This document shows positions 10,082-18,763 of a stretch of 64,000 nt of DNA, in pieces. This stretch comes from an uncultured Gammaproteobacteria bacterium (lineage in GTDB: Bacteria > Patescibacteriota > Patescibacteriia > Magasanikbacterales > UBA922). Position 1 is the stretch's first letter. Every line of letters starts with the position of its first letter. The notes under the pieces are model-generated. The model saw only the letters and a program-made list of their open reading frames with translations, had not been told where the DNA came from and did not search any database. The DNA lies in the NCBI GenBank assembly GCA_964612105.1, contig CAZTEU010000007.1:21008-85007 (forward strand), written 5' to 3'. The position numbers and the translations under genes were made by a program.

Positions 10082-10708
10082 ATGAAGTACAAAAGAGAGA
10101 GTATAAGCCTGTCCTGGAGTTCATGGTTTATGGTCTGCGTGGCCACCACCTGCTTCACAGGCTTTCTTCCTTGGCTTGTTAGAAAGAGAGGTAAAGGAGG
10201 GGGGCTGATTGGTTCTGTTGTGGGAGTGGTGATTGTTGCACTGGTCTTCGCTAGCGAGGGATTCTCCGAACCTTCGTTTGTTGTCCTGTGTCTAACCTCC
10301 TTTCTCCTGTGCATCGGAGTCTTTGCTGTGCAGGACGCAGAGAAGGTCATGCTCCTGAAATGGGGTCGCAGACCTCGTCACACTGGCGAGTGTGCGTACC
10401 ACGACTTCAACGAGACGAACATCGACGAGTTTGTGGGGCAGATGATTGCTTTGCTACCGCTTTGCTTTGTGCATGAACACATGCACTTCATCACAGAACT
10501 GCACTTCTATACTCTACTTCTCACTGGCCTCGCTCTTTTTCGTGTGTTCGACACGACGAAGTGGCTTGGCATCTCACGAGTGGAAAAGTGGAGTACCCTA
10601 AACACCGCTCTGCCAATCATGTTTGACGACGTGCTTGCTGGCATTTATGCAGGGATTGTGCTTGTTGTAGCATTCATCTTGCCGACGTGGTATCACTACC
10701 TCACCTGA
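10082..10708 (+). CDS. pgpA: Phosphatidylglycerophosphatase A (PgpA family); G+C-rich
   Basis: IDEFVGQMIAL and the C-terminal DDVLAGIYAGIVL match PgpA motifs (WDEFIGMW, DDIVAGVISAGILY). Multiple TM segments. GGAGGG lies 6 nt upstream of ATG 10082. TTGACA at 10023-10028. Confidence 0.65.
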   Translation: MKYKRESISLSWSSWFMVCVATTCFTGFLPWLVRKRGKGGGLIGSVVGVVIVALVFASEGFSEPSFVVLCLTSFLLCIGVFAVQDAEKVMLLKWGRRPRHTGECAYHDFNETNIDEFVGQMIALLPLCFVHEHMHFITELHFYTLLLTGLALFRVFDTTKWLGISRVEKWSTLNTALPIMFDDVLAGIYAGIVLVVAFILPTWYHYLT

Positions 10709-10811
10709 CGACGAAAACAAACAAATAGGAGACGAAACGACCCCGCTACGAGTAATCAAAGCGGGGTCAGTTGTTTTTAATTACAATTCCTGTTGGGTAA
10801 TGATTAGAGCT
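10706..10811 (+). repeat. Direct repeat copy 1: duplicate of the xth 3' end (last 11 codons, diverged) plus terminator hairpin
   Basis: A 71-nt block (10727-10797) is identical to 11636-11706, with decaying similarity on both sides. Contains CCCCGCT-acgagtaatcaa-AGCGGGG followed by TCAGTTGTTTTT. Confidence 0.85.
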
Positions 10812-10818
10812 TGTTAAG

Positions 10819-10847
10819 TTGACAAAAGCTCCCTAATGTGATAAAAA
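10819..10847 (+). promoter_or_regulatory. Candidate sigma70 promoter for the methyltransferase gene
   Basis: TTGACA (10819-10824), 17-nt spacer, TAAAAA. Followed by a CTCGAG-aatcat-CTCGAG hairpin and AGGAGA 7 nt before ATG 10894. Confidence 0.4.
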
Positions 10848-10893
10848 ATGTGCAGAATTCTCGAGAATCATCTCGAGGTAAGGAGAACAAAAA

Positions 10894-11580
10894 ATGGAAG
10901 GACCAAGACCTCTCACCCAGTGGGAACGATCTGGGGTGGTTAGGGTAGGTTATTTGCGTCAATTTCAGTACATGACGCGGATGTTTGCCAGGGTCGTCAA
11001 ACTCAATGGTGATGTAGTGGAGTGTGGACTCGGAATGGGCGGGACTTTCAACATGCTTGCCTATCTTGTCGGAACTGAAAAACGCCCAAGCAGGACTCTT
11101 TGGGGCTATGACTCCTTCGAGGGTTGGCCCGAGCCGGATACCATAGATGACTCTCCGCGTAAGCCTCAGAAAGGAGAATGGAAAGTGAGCGAGGAGACCG
11201 TCTTGGATCACTTGTCTCAATCGGGTATCAGGACAGAGTTTCCAGACCTTAACTTCAAATTGGTTGGGGGCTACCTCTGCGATACTCTTCCTCAAGCTCC
11301 GGATCGTCCGATTGCCCTTCTGCACATCGATGTTGATCTGTATCAGGGCTATGCAGACGCGCTGCTCCATCTATTCCCGATGGTCGAAGTTGGTGGTATC
11401 GTCATGTTCGATGAATATCTGGAGTTTCCAGATCATCCGGACTACATAGATGATTGTCAACCGATTGAGAAGTGGCCTGGATGCACCAAGGCTGTTGACG
11501 AGTTCTTTGCAGACCGTCCTGAGACTCCCCAGCTATATGAAGAGACAGGAAAATACTACGTCGTGAAGCTTGCGCAGTAG
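10894..11580 (+). CDS. TylF/MycF-family (macrocin-type) SAM-dependent O-methyltransferase; G+C-rich
   Basis: GDVVECGLGMGG, LWGYDSFEGWPEP, GGYLCDTLP and PIALLHIDVDLYQGYADALLHLFPMVEVGGIVMFDEY follow the TylF-family (PF05711-like) motif order. Confidence 0.75.
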   Translation: MEGPRPLTQWERSGVVRVGYLRQFQYMTRMFARVVKLNGDVVECGLGMGGTFNMLAYLVGTEKRPSRTLWGYDSFEGWPEPDTIDDSPRKPQKGEWKVSEETVLDHLSQSGIRTEFPDLNFKLVGGYLCDTLPQAPDRPIALLHIDVDLYQGYADALLHLFPMVEVGGIVMFDEYLEFPDHPDYIDDCQPIEKWPGCTKAVDEFFADRPETPQLYEETGKYYVVKLAQ

Positions 11581-11615
11581 ACTTACCTGCTCACTCTCCG
11601 TTCGAGCATTCAATC

Positions 11616-11720
11616 ACGATGAAAATACAATCCAAAGGAGACGAAACGACCCCGCTACGAGTAATCAAAGCGGGGTCAGTTGTTTTTAATTACAATTCCT
11701 GTTGGGCAATGGTCAGACCC
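11616..11720 (+). repeat. Direct repeat copy 2: native xth 3' end plus terminator, 909 bp downstream of copy 1
   Basis: See copy 1. This copy is contiguous with the intact xth gene on the minus strand. Confidence 0.85.
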
Positions 11721-12488
11721 CATTACCTTAGGAAGAATAAAAGCGTCTTTTATGTGTTTTTTAAATTTGCCGGAGACGCAGAAATAATCGATTCTCCAAC
11801 CCACATTTCTTTCTCTTGCTTTTGCCCAGTGTGACCACCATGTGTACAACTCTGGCTTATCTCCCTCTATTAACCTAAGAGTATCCACAAAACCTGCCTT
11901 AACAAAGTTATCAAAACCCTCACGCTCTTCTTTTGTAAAACCCTTGTTTCCTTCATTCTGTTTTGGTCTCGCAAGATCTATAGGTTTGTGGGCAACATTT
12001 AGGTCTCCACAAAATATTACAGGCTTTTTCTTTTCTAATATCTTACAGTGTTTGAGAAACATCTTATCCCATTTTTTGTGACGAAAACCTAAACGAGATA
12101 AATCATCTTTTGCATTAGGCGTGTAAACAGTTACTAAAAAAAACTTATCATACTCAGCAGTAATAACTCTCCCTTCTTGTGCTACATCACGACCCTGCTT
12201 ATCCAAAAGTTTTTTTGTTTTTTGTACTCCAGAAATAAAATCGTTTGTAACATTAACAGGTTTTATTTTTGTAAAAATAGCAGTGCCTGAATAACCTTTC
12301 TTTTCTGCAGAGTTCCAAAACTCTTCGTACTCCGGCAAATCTATGACAACCTGCTCTCTATGTGCCTTTGTTTCTTGTAAACAAACAATATCTGGTTTAT
12401 ATTTTTTTATAAATTTCTGGAACTCTCCTTTTCTTATTACAGCTCTTAGTCCATTAACATTCCATGATAATATTTTGATATTTTTCAT
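11676..12488 (-). CDS. xth: Exodeoxyribonuclease III (Xth/ExoIII family AP endonuclease)
   Basis: N-terminal MKNIKILSWNVNGLRA, ...IVCLQETK..., and C-terminal SDHCP. Confidence 0.9.
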   Translation of the reverse strand: MKNIKILSWNVNGLRAVIRKGEFQKFIKKYKPDIVCLQETKAHREQVVIDLPEYEEFWNSAEKKGYSGTAIFTKIKPVNVTNDFISGVQKTKKLLDKQGRDVAQEGRVITAEYDKFFLVTVYTPNAKDDLSRLGFRHKKWDKMFLKHCKILEKKKPVIFCGDLNVAHKPIDLARPKQNEGNKGFTKEEREGFDNFVKAGFVDTLRLIEGDKPELYTWWSHWAKARERNVGWRIDYFCVSGKFKKHIKDAFILPKVMGSDHCPTGIVIKNN

Positions 12489-12608
12489 ATACATTAAGGG
12501 TATCACATACAATTTTTACAAACAAATCTTTTGTTATCCACAAGATTATTGCGATTTTTTTTCTTTGAGTGTATAGTCTAAATCATAATAAAAAACAGAC
12601 ATAAAAAT

Positions 12609-12932
12609 ATGAGTGGTAGCAACTTTGACCGAACAAAAAAAGCAGTACTTTCACACATGCTTGAGGTGTTCGAACAAATGGAGGAGGACATAGCACTTTC
12701 TCATCAGGAGAAATATGCTTTGCTAGAAGATCTTTTTGAACAAGCATCAGACTCCGGAGAATTGAGGGTAGCGTTCGATCAGTGGTATATTGATCATTCA
12801 GACGATTTGCAGTTTGAAAGCGATGCAGATGAGTTGTGGGATCATGCAACAAATCAGGAAGAAGATGAGGATTATGATGGTGAGCAAGATGTAGATGGTG
12901 ATATAGAAGACGAAGATGATGAAGAATGGTAA
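12609..12932 (+). CDS. Small highly acidic protein (107 aa, Asp/Glu-rich C-terminus)
   Basis: ORF with a clean terminator downstream. The C-terminus reads EEDEDYDGEQDVDGDIEDEDDEEW. Confidence 0.45.
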   Translation: MSGSNFDRTKKAVLSHMLEVFEQMEEDIALSHQEKYALLEDLFEQASDSGELRVAFDQWYIDHSDDLQFESDADELWDHATNQEEDEDYDGEQDVDGDIEDEDDEEW

Positions 12933-12944
12933 AAATAAGAGAAA

Positions 12945-12967
12945 AGACCTAAGATTAGGTCTTTTTT
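12945..12967 (+). terminator. Rho-independent terminator
   Basis: AGACCTAA-gat-TTAGGTCT followed by TTTTT. Confidence 0.65.
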
Positions 12968-13044
12968 AATCCACCAAAATGGCCTTGTAGCCGGCTATTA
13001 TTTCGTGTATTATACTCCTGCATTAATACAGATTAAATAATAAT

Positions 13045-15435
13045 ATGTATCCAGAACCTCTGTCTCAATATTTACTTAAGCACCTGTCAAATCACCCAGA
13101 ACAGCGAGAGCTTATAATGATAATAAGTGATCTTGCCCGTATTGGTAAAACAATTTCACATCACACAAACAAAGCAGGTCTAGTAGGTATCTTAGGGTCT
13201 GCTGGTAATACGAATATACAAAATGAAGAAGTTCAGAAATTAGATGTCTTTGCAAATAACTTATGCAAAGATATTTTAAAAAACAGTGAACACATTGCTG
13301 CCCTTGCTTCTGAAGAAGAAGATACCGTTGTAGACATGTCTCAACACGGAAGTAATGCAAAATACATTGTTGCTTTTGATCCACTAGATGGATCCACAAA
13401 TATAGATGTAAACGTTAGTATTGGTACAATTTTTTCTGTAATGAAAAAAAGAGAAGATGTAGAACGCACAGATGAAAGGCAATTCTTACAGACTGGAAGA
13501 GAGCAGGTGCTTGCAGGATATATATTGTATGGCTCCAGCACAGTTCTAGTGTTCACGTTTGGAGATGGTGTGCATGAGTTTACATTAGATCCAGACACAA
13601 AAGATTTTTATCTCTCAAACGAAAGAATTACAATTCCAGACAAATGTCCTTACTACAGTATAAATGAGAAAAACATGAGGTATATGACAGAAAAGGACAG
13701 AAATTTTGTAGAAAGCCTTAAGACAGAAAAAGGGTGTGGCGGAAGGTATATAGGCTCTCTTGTTGCAGATATTCACAGGACACTTATAAAAGGAGGTGTG
13801 TTTCTATACTCGGCAATAGATAAAAAAGGTGAAGGGGAATACAAGGGAAAGCTCAGATTAAATTATGAGCTAAAGCCTATGGCATTTTTGATAGAACAAG
13901 CAGGGGGGTTGGCAATTGACGGAGAAAGGAATATACTCGATATTACACCGACCAAACTACATGAAAGGACGCCTATTATAGCAGGAAACAAAAATATAAT
14001 TGAAGATTATTTAATAAATAATAATATGTCTGAGGAATCATACAAGGACCTAAACTCACAGCAAGAGGTTGAATCTCTTGTAAAGGAATCATGTGCAGTT
14101 GGTTTTGATGGAATCAACTCAATTAATGATCAGCAAAAATTACAAGACGATACGATCAAAAGCCTAGCATACAATGCAAGTGTAAGTGAAAATCCAGAAG
14201 TAAAGAAAGCGTCTATATTTTGGATTAATAAGATCGCAGACTTCCTAAAAATAGAATCAGCATCAAATTCAGAGTACTACCAGAAAAAAGCGAATGGAGA
14301 CGACCAATTCTTCACTGTGCCTGCTGTTAACAGTAGAATGGTCACATTTCACACAGTACGCTCAGCTGTACGCTCAGCAGATAAACTAAATATCCCTCAT
14401 CTAATACTAGAATTAGCACTTAGTGAGGTTGGGTACACAGGTCAACAAAAAGACGAGTATTCTGCATTGTGTAAGGCAGCATATATTTCCTTGGGACTAA
14501 AGAACCGTAAAGTATATGTACAAGCGGATCACTACCAGCTTGATCCCAAAAAATATGCAATAGACAAGGATGCTGAGATGCAGAGGATAAAAGACGCTAT
14601 TACAAAAGCAATAGAAAATGGAGTGTATAACATAGATTTAGACTCATCCAAGTTCGAAACAGCAGACCCTAATAAATCAGACAGAGAAAATCAGGGGGAG
14701 AATGCAAGGCTTACAGTTGAACTACTTCATTTTATCCGTAGCTACGAGAAAAGCAAGAATATCCCATCTGTTAGTGTTGGAGGAGAGGTTGGAGAAGTTG
14801 GTGGAGAAAATACAAAATACCCCCAAGTTAATGCTTACCTAGATATGGTTTCAGAACACATGACTAATCTTGGTGCAGGACATGAGAGGGGTCTAGACAA
14901 GATAAGTATCAATGTTGGTTCTGCACATGGGGGAGTGTTAGGCCCAGACGGACAGCCATTAGATGTTGTTCCTCTAGATTTCACAGCTCATCATGATTTG
15001 TTTATGTTTGGAAAAGATCCAATGAACCCAGGTAGGCATGTTTTGGCTGTACAGCACGGAGCTTCTACTCTTCCAAAAAGATACTTCTCACTATTTCCAG
15101 CAATGCATGTTGCAGAAGTTCACTTAGCTACAGGTTTCCAGAATGTTATTTGGGAAGTTTTAGAAAAACACGATAGTGTGTTGTACGAAAAAATGAAAAC
15201 AATGACGTTTGATAAGTTTGGAGATAAGATAGCTGGACACAAAACAGAAGCTATTGGGTTTATGAAAGAAAGAAAACGTGTTACAGAGTTTGTTAAAAAA
15301 GAATTGTTAATGTCTGGAGCCGTAGAAGAAATAGAAAAGGCATTAGATAATGAATTTACAGCAATCTTCCACTCATTATATAACCTATTACAACCAAAAG
15401 CAGGTATTGTTGTAGAAGGTGACAGGTCAGATTAA
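13045..15435 (+). CDS. Fusion protein: class I fructose-1,6-bisphosphatase (N-terminal, about 330 aa) joined to a class II fructose-bisphosphate aldolase-like domain (C-terminal, about 450 aa)
   Basis: FBPase: YIVAFDPLDGSTNIDVNVSIGTIFSV, GYILYGSSTVLVF, RYIGSLVADIHRTLIKGGVFLY, GKLRLNYELKPMAFLIEQAGG. Aldolase II: FTVPAVNS...IPHLILELALSE, VQADHY, NIDLDSS, VGGEVGEVGGEN, INVGSAHGG, VQHGAST, in canonical order. Confidence 0.7.
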   Translation: MYPEPLSQYLLKHLSNHPEQRELIMIISDLARIGKTISHHTNKAGLVGILGSAGNTNIQNEEVQKLDVFANNLCKDILKNSEHIAALASEEEDTVVDMSQHGSNAKYIVAFDPLDGSTNIDVNVSIGTIFSVMKKREDVERTDERQFLQTGREQVLAGYILYGSSTVLVFTFGDGVHEFTLDPDTKDFYLSNERITIPDKCPYYSINEKNMRYMTEKDRNFVESLKTEKGCGGRYIGSLVADIHRTLIKGGVFLYSAIDKKGEGEYKGKLRLNYELKPMAFLIEQAGGLAIDGERNILDITPTKLHERTPIIAGNKNIIEDYLINNNMSEESYKDLNSQQEVESLVKESCAVGFDGINSINDQQKLQDDTIKSLAYNASVSENPEVKKASIFWINKIADFLKIESASNSEYYQKKANGDDQFFTVPAVNSRMVTFHTVRSAVRSADKLNIPHLILELALSEVGYTGQQKDEYSALCKAAYISLGLKNRKVYVQADHYQLDPKKYAIDKDAEMQRIKDAITKAIENGVYNIDLDSSKFETADPNKSDRENQGENARLTVELLHFIRSYEKSKNIPSVSVGGEVGEVGGENTKYPQVNAYLDMVSEHMTNLGAGHERGLDKISINVGSAHGGVLGPDGQPLDVVPLDFTAHHDLFMFGKDPMNPGRHVLAVQHGASTLPKRYFSLFPAMHVAEVHLATGFQNVIWEVLEKHDSVLYEKMKTMTFDKFGDKIAGHKTEAIGFMKERKRVTEFVKKELLMSGAVEEIEKALDNEFTAIFHSLYNLLQPKAGIVVEGDRSD

Positions 15436-15467
15436 TTATATTAACGTAGTAATTTAATATTTTTTGT

Positions 15468-16484
15468 ATGAAACCGATTCGTATAGCTATTAATGGCTTT
15501 GGCCGTATTGGGCGTATACTAACACGTGTTATTTGGGACAATCCTGCGTTTGAGATTGTGGCAGTTAATAGCAGATCTAATGCAGATATATACGCACATT
15601 TGCTTAAGTTTGATTCAATATATGGAAGATGGGACAAAGCAGTGTCATATGACAATAACTCAGCATTAATAATTGATGGAAAAAGACTTCCATTCCATCA
15701 TGTAAATGGAATAGATAGCGCTCCTTGGAGAGAATATGATGTAGATCTTGTAATTGAGTCTACGGGTGTTTTTAAGGACAGAGCATCTTGTCAGAAACAT
15801 TTGGATGCAGGGGCAAAATATGTTCTTATCACTGCGCCAGCAAAAGAAGAGGACATCACAATGATTTATGGAATTAATCATAATGATTTTGATGCAGAGA
15901 AACATAAAGTTATATCTTCTGCATCATGTACAACTACATGTCTTGCACCTGTTGTAAAAACACTACACAAGAACTTTGGAATTAAGCATGGTACTGTTAT
16001 AACAACACACTCATATACAAATGATCAGCACTTAGTAGATCACCCACACAAGAAAGAAAGTTTTCGTCGTGCGCGTGCAGCAGGTATTTCTATTGTTCCT
16101 ACTGCAACTGGTGCTGCAAAAGCAATTGGAAAAGTTATTCCAGAGCTAAACGGAAAATTAGATGGGAATGCATTGCGTGTGCCTGTTCCTGTAACGTCTA
16201 TCATTAGTTTTGTGGCAGAAGTAGAAAAAACAACAAACCGTGACGAGGTTAATGATTTTTTCCGCAAAGCATCAACAGAAGAGTTTCCAGAGAATTTGAA
16301 CACATCAGATATTGGATTAGTTTCTACAGATTATATTGGTTCTCAATATGGGGCTACAGTAGACACCCTTTCTACATTGGTAACAAATGGAACACAAGTG
16401 TTTGTGCAGGCTTGGTACGATAACGAATGGGGCTATGTATCGCAGATGGCAAAACTACTTCGTCATATTGGAACAAAGATATAA
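15468..16484 (+). CDS. gap: Glyceraldehyde-3-phosphate dehydrogenase (copy 1)
   Basis: INGFGRIGR, and the SCTTNCLAP-type catalytic Cys motif (ASCTTTCLAP). Confidence 0.95.
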   Translation: MKPIRIAINGFGRIGRILTRVIWDNPAFEIVAVNSRSNADIYAHLLKFDSIYGRWDKAVSYDNNSALIIDGKRLPFHHVNGIDSAPWREYDVDLVIESTGVFKDRASCQKHLDAGAKYVLITAPAKEEDITMIYGINHNDFDAEKHKVISSASCTTTCLAPVVKTLHKNFGIKHGTVITTHSYTNDQHLVDHPHKKESFRRARAAGISIVPTATGAAKAIGKVIPELNGKLDGNALRVPVPVTSIISFVAEVEKTTNRDEVNDFFRKASTEEFPENLNTSDIGLVSTDYIGSQYGATVDTLSTLVTNGTQVFVQAWYDNEWGYVSQMAKLLRHIGTKI

Positions 16485-16503
16485 AAAACAATTACAAATG
16501 ATA

Positions 16504-16533
16504 AACCCCGGGTCTCCAACTCCGGGGTTTTTT
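16504..16533. terminator. Rho-independent terminator after gap; also serves the convergent minus-strand island genes
   Basis: AACCCCGG-gtctccaact-CCGGGGTT followed by TTTT. Confidence 0.7.
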
Positions 16534-16553
16534 GCGAGTCTGGTCGCGTTGGT

Positions 16554-17033
16554 CTACATGAAGCTCACGTGCTCGCAGGTCTTCTGCTCCAAGTCAATCA
16601 CGTAAGCCATGCAGTTGTCGAGAGGTCTTTCCGGAAAGCGCTGGACTTCCACTGGAGGCATGTGCAGAAGGTGTTCCGCGATGTACTTCGGCCAGGTCTC
16701 CGTGTACTCATAGTGAGTCACAGCCACCACCACATCGTACAAGGACCCATGCATTGCCATGAGTGTGGTTGCGCGTGGAAGATCTTCTCTTCTTGTTGCA
16801 TCGGACCACAGGACTTCGTGCGAGATGAAGTACTCAAGCAACTCTTCGGAGATGATTTCGGCAGTCTGTGTTGCACGAACTCTCGTGGAAGAGATTACAG
16901 AGCATTTCTGCCCCGCGAACCGCCTCATCAGCACCTTGCCGAGCATTTCTGCAGATTCTCTGCCCATCAGTGACAGAATGCCACCTTCTTCTGGTATGTA
17001 GTTTCCATGCCTCACAAGGACCAAGTATCTCAT
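16554..17033 (-). CDS. Histidine-phosphatase-superfamily protein (SixA/PGAM-like); G+C-rich
   Basis: LVLVRHG (RHG motif), SSTRVRATQTAEI, and a second catalytic His in VAVTHYE. Confidence 0.6.
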   Translation of the reverse strand: MRYLVLVRHGNYIPEEGGILSLMGRESAEMLGKVLMRRFAGQKCSVISSTRVRATQTAEIISEELLEYFISHEVLWSDATRREDLPRATTLMAMHGSLYDVVVAVTHYEYTETWPKYIAEHLLHMPPVEVQRFPERPLDNCMAYVIDLEQKTCEHVSFM

Positions 17034-17254
17034 CTTCTAACCTCCCAGGTTGTCCGGATGTCTCTGGTGTACTTTTTGCACCCAGGCATCATTGTGTATC
17101 GTCTGTGAGCGACCCTTCCGCTCCTGCTTTTCCACATCTCTTTGCAGATACAGAGAGCCTTGTCGCATACTACGACTGGACGCCTCTTCTGCTGAACGGC
17201 CACACAGCTTCCCAGGAGGAAAGCCAGTAGCAGTGTAAGTGCGAAATATCGCAT
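17030..17254 (-). CDS. Small Cys-rich basic putative lipoprotein (74 aa); G+C-rich; translationally coupled to the phosphatase
   Basis: Signal peptide with LLGSC lipobox-like motif. Its TGA stop overlaps the downstream ATG (ATGA at 17030-17033). GGAGGG lies 5 nt before the ATG. TTGACT (+strand AGTCAA 17304-17309) upstream. Confidence 0.45.
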   Translation of the reverse strand: MRYFALTLLLAFLLGSCVAVQQKRRPVVVCDKALCICKEMWKSRSGRVAHRRYTMMPGCKKYTRDIRTTWEVRR

Positions 17255-17392
17255 GATTCCCTCCGGGTGTGAATGAGCAAATAGTGCCTTATTTTAGCAA
17301 GAAAGTCAAGTGAATATGTAGGTTATCCACAGAACTGTCGAAAAAAAATTGACAGTATTTATATCTATGATATCCTTATCCTTAGCAAAGAT

Positions 17393-18127
17393 ATGGATAT
17401 ATCACTTCTAAAAAAACTAGGTTTTTCTGACAAAAGCGCCAAAATATACTTGGCGCTGTTATCGTTAGGCCCAAGCTCTGTACGTAAATTGGCAGAAAAC
17501 TGTGATCTTAACCGTGGAACTACATATGATGCACTCAAGTGGTTACAAGAGCAGAAAGTGGTATCTTTTTATGAAAAGGAGAAGAAGCAATTCTTTGTTG
17601 CAGAGCATCCGGATAAGTTAAAAAATATTATTAGAAGTAGAGAGGAAGATCTACAAAGAGCGGATAAGGGATTAGAAAAAATGATACCAGAGTTACTAGC
17701 TCTTCATAATAAAGGAGGAGAGCGCCCAGTTGCACGATACTTTGATCACAAAGAAATATCCCTGATTCTGGAAGATATATTGAATACTTGTGAAGAAAAT
17801 GAAGAAGAGATGTACAGAGTTTATTCTACAGAAGGATTACGCGAACATTTGTATGAAGGATTTGAAACTTTTTCAGATGTACGTGTTTCCAAAAATATTG
17901 GAGTAAAAGTAATTGCAATTGGAGAGGGAGGAAAACTTCGTGGGTTGGACGAAAGAAAGTGGATGAGTGGCAAGACAGACACATCAACATATATAATGAT
18001 ATATCCAGGAAAGACAGCATACATATCTCTTAACGCAAAAAATGAGCCTGTGGGGGTTGTAATAGAAAATGATGGGGTGTATGAAACACAGAAACAAATT
18101 TTTGATCAGCTGTGGAACAGTCTTTAA
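17393..18127 (+). CDS. TrmB-family transcriptional regulator
   Basis: N-terminal LGFSDKSAKIYLALLSLGPSSVRKLAENCDLNRGTTYDALKWLQEQKVV is a TrmB-type winged HTH. Confidence 0.6.
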   Translation: MDISLLKKLGFSDKSAKIYLALLSLGPSSVRKLAENCDLNRGTTYDALKWLQEQKVVSFYEKEKKQFFVAEHPDKLKNIIRSREEDLQRADKGLEKMIPELLALHNKGGERPVARYFDHKEISLILEDILNTCEENEEEMYRVYSTEGLREHLYEGFETFSDVRVSKNIGVKVIAIGEGGKLRGLDERKWMSGKTDTSTYIMIYPGKTAYISLNAKNEPVGVVIENDGVYETQKQIFDQLWNSL

Positions 18128-18136
18128 TATTTAATT

Positions 18137-18763
18137 ATGTTAATAGTTGACTTTGATTACACGCTAAACAGAACAGGATTGTTTAAAGAGGAAATAAGAA
18201 AAGTCTTTGCAAGTTTTGGTGTTGATGAGCAAACATTTGAATCTTCGTACCATAAATCAATACAATGGGATGGGGAAGGTTATGGATTTGATTACTCTTT
18301 TGAGATACACATAGAAGTCTTAAAAGAAATGGGAATAGATATTAATTCTGATGATATTCTTTCTAAATTAGACGAAACTATTAAAAAAAGTTATTTGTTC
18401 GATGACGCCATTCCTTTTCTAAATTATTTTCGCTCAAAAGGAGAAAAGATTGTTCTGCTTTCTTCTGGTAATGTTGAATTCCAAAAAAAGAAAGTAGATG
18501 CATCTGGAATTGCAGAACTTGTTGACGAGGTAAAACTATCACATGGGAATAAGGAAAAATACATAGAAAAGGTTATAGATCAAAAACCTTTGTATTTTAT
18601 AAACGATAATTTAAAGGAGAATAATATAATACATGAGCTTTTTCCGGATGTAATAATTCTTGGCATGAAGAATGGTTTTAAGCATGAGACAGAAGACAGA
18701 GGTGAAGATATTCTGTATTTTGATTCGTTAACGGAAATAATGGAGTATGTTAAAAAACTTTGA
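18137..18763 (+). CDS. HAD-superfamily hydrolase
   Basis: Motif I DFDYTLN at the N-terminus. Size is HAD-like. Confidence 0.55.
   Translation: MLIVDFDYTLNRTGLFKEEIRKVFASFGVDEQTFESSYHKSIQWDGEGYGFDYSFEIHIEVLKEMGIDINSDDILSKLDETIKKSYLFDDAIPFLNYFRSKGEKIVLLSSGNVEFQKKKVDASGIAELVDEVKLSHGNKEKYIEKVIDQKPLYFINDNLKENNIIHELFPDVIILGMKNGFKHETEDRGEDILYFDSLTEIMEYVKKL

Noticed and set aside
10856-10880. GAATTC and two CTCGAG hexamers within 25 nt just upstream of the methyltransferase SD, considered as a cloning-polylinker remnant
   Set aside because: The sequence is also a simple self-complementary hairpin (CTCGAG-aatcat-CTCGAG) in G+C-rich DNA. Restriction-site coincidence alone is not evidence of a synthetic construct, although it would be worth a vector-contamination screen.
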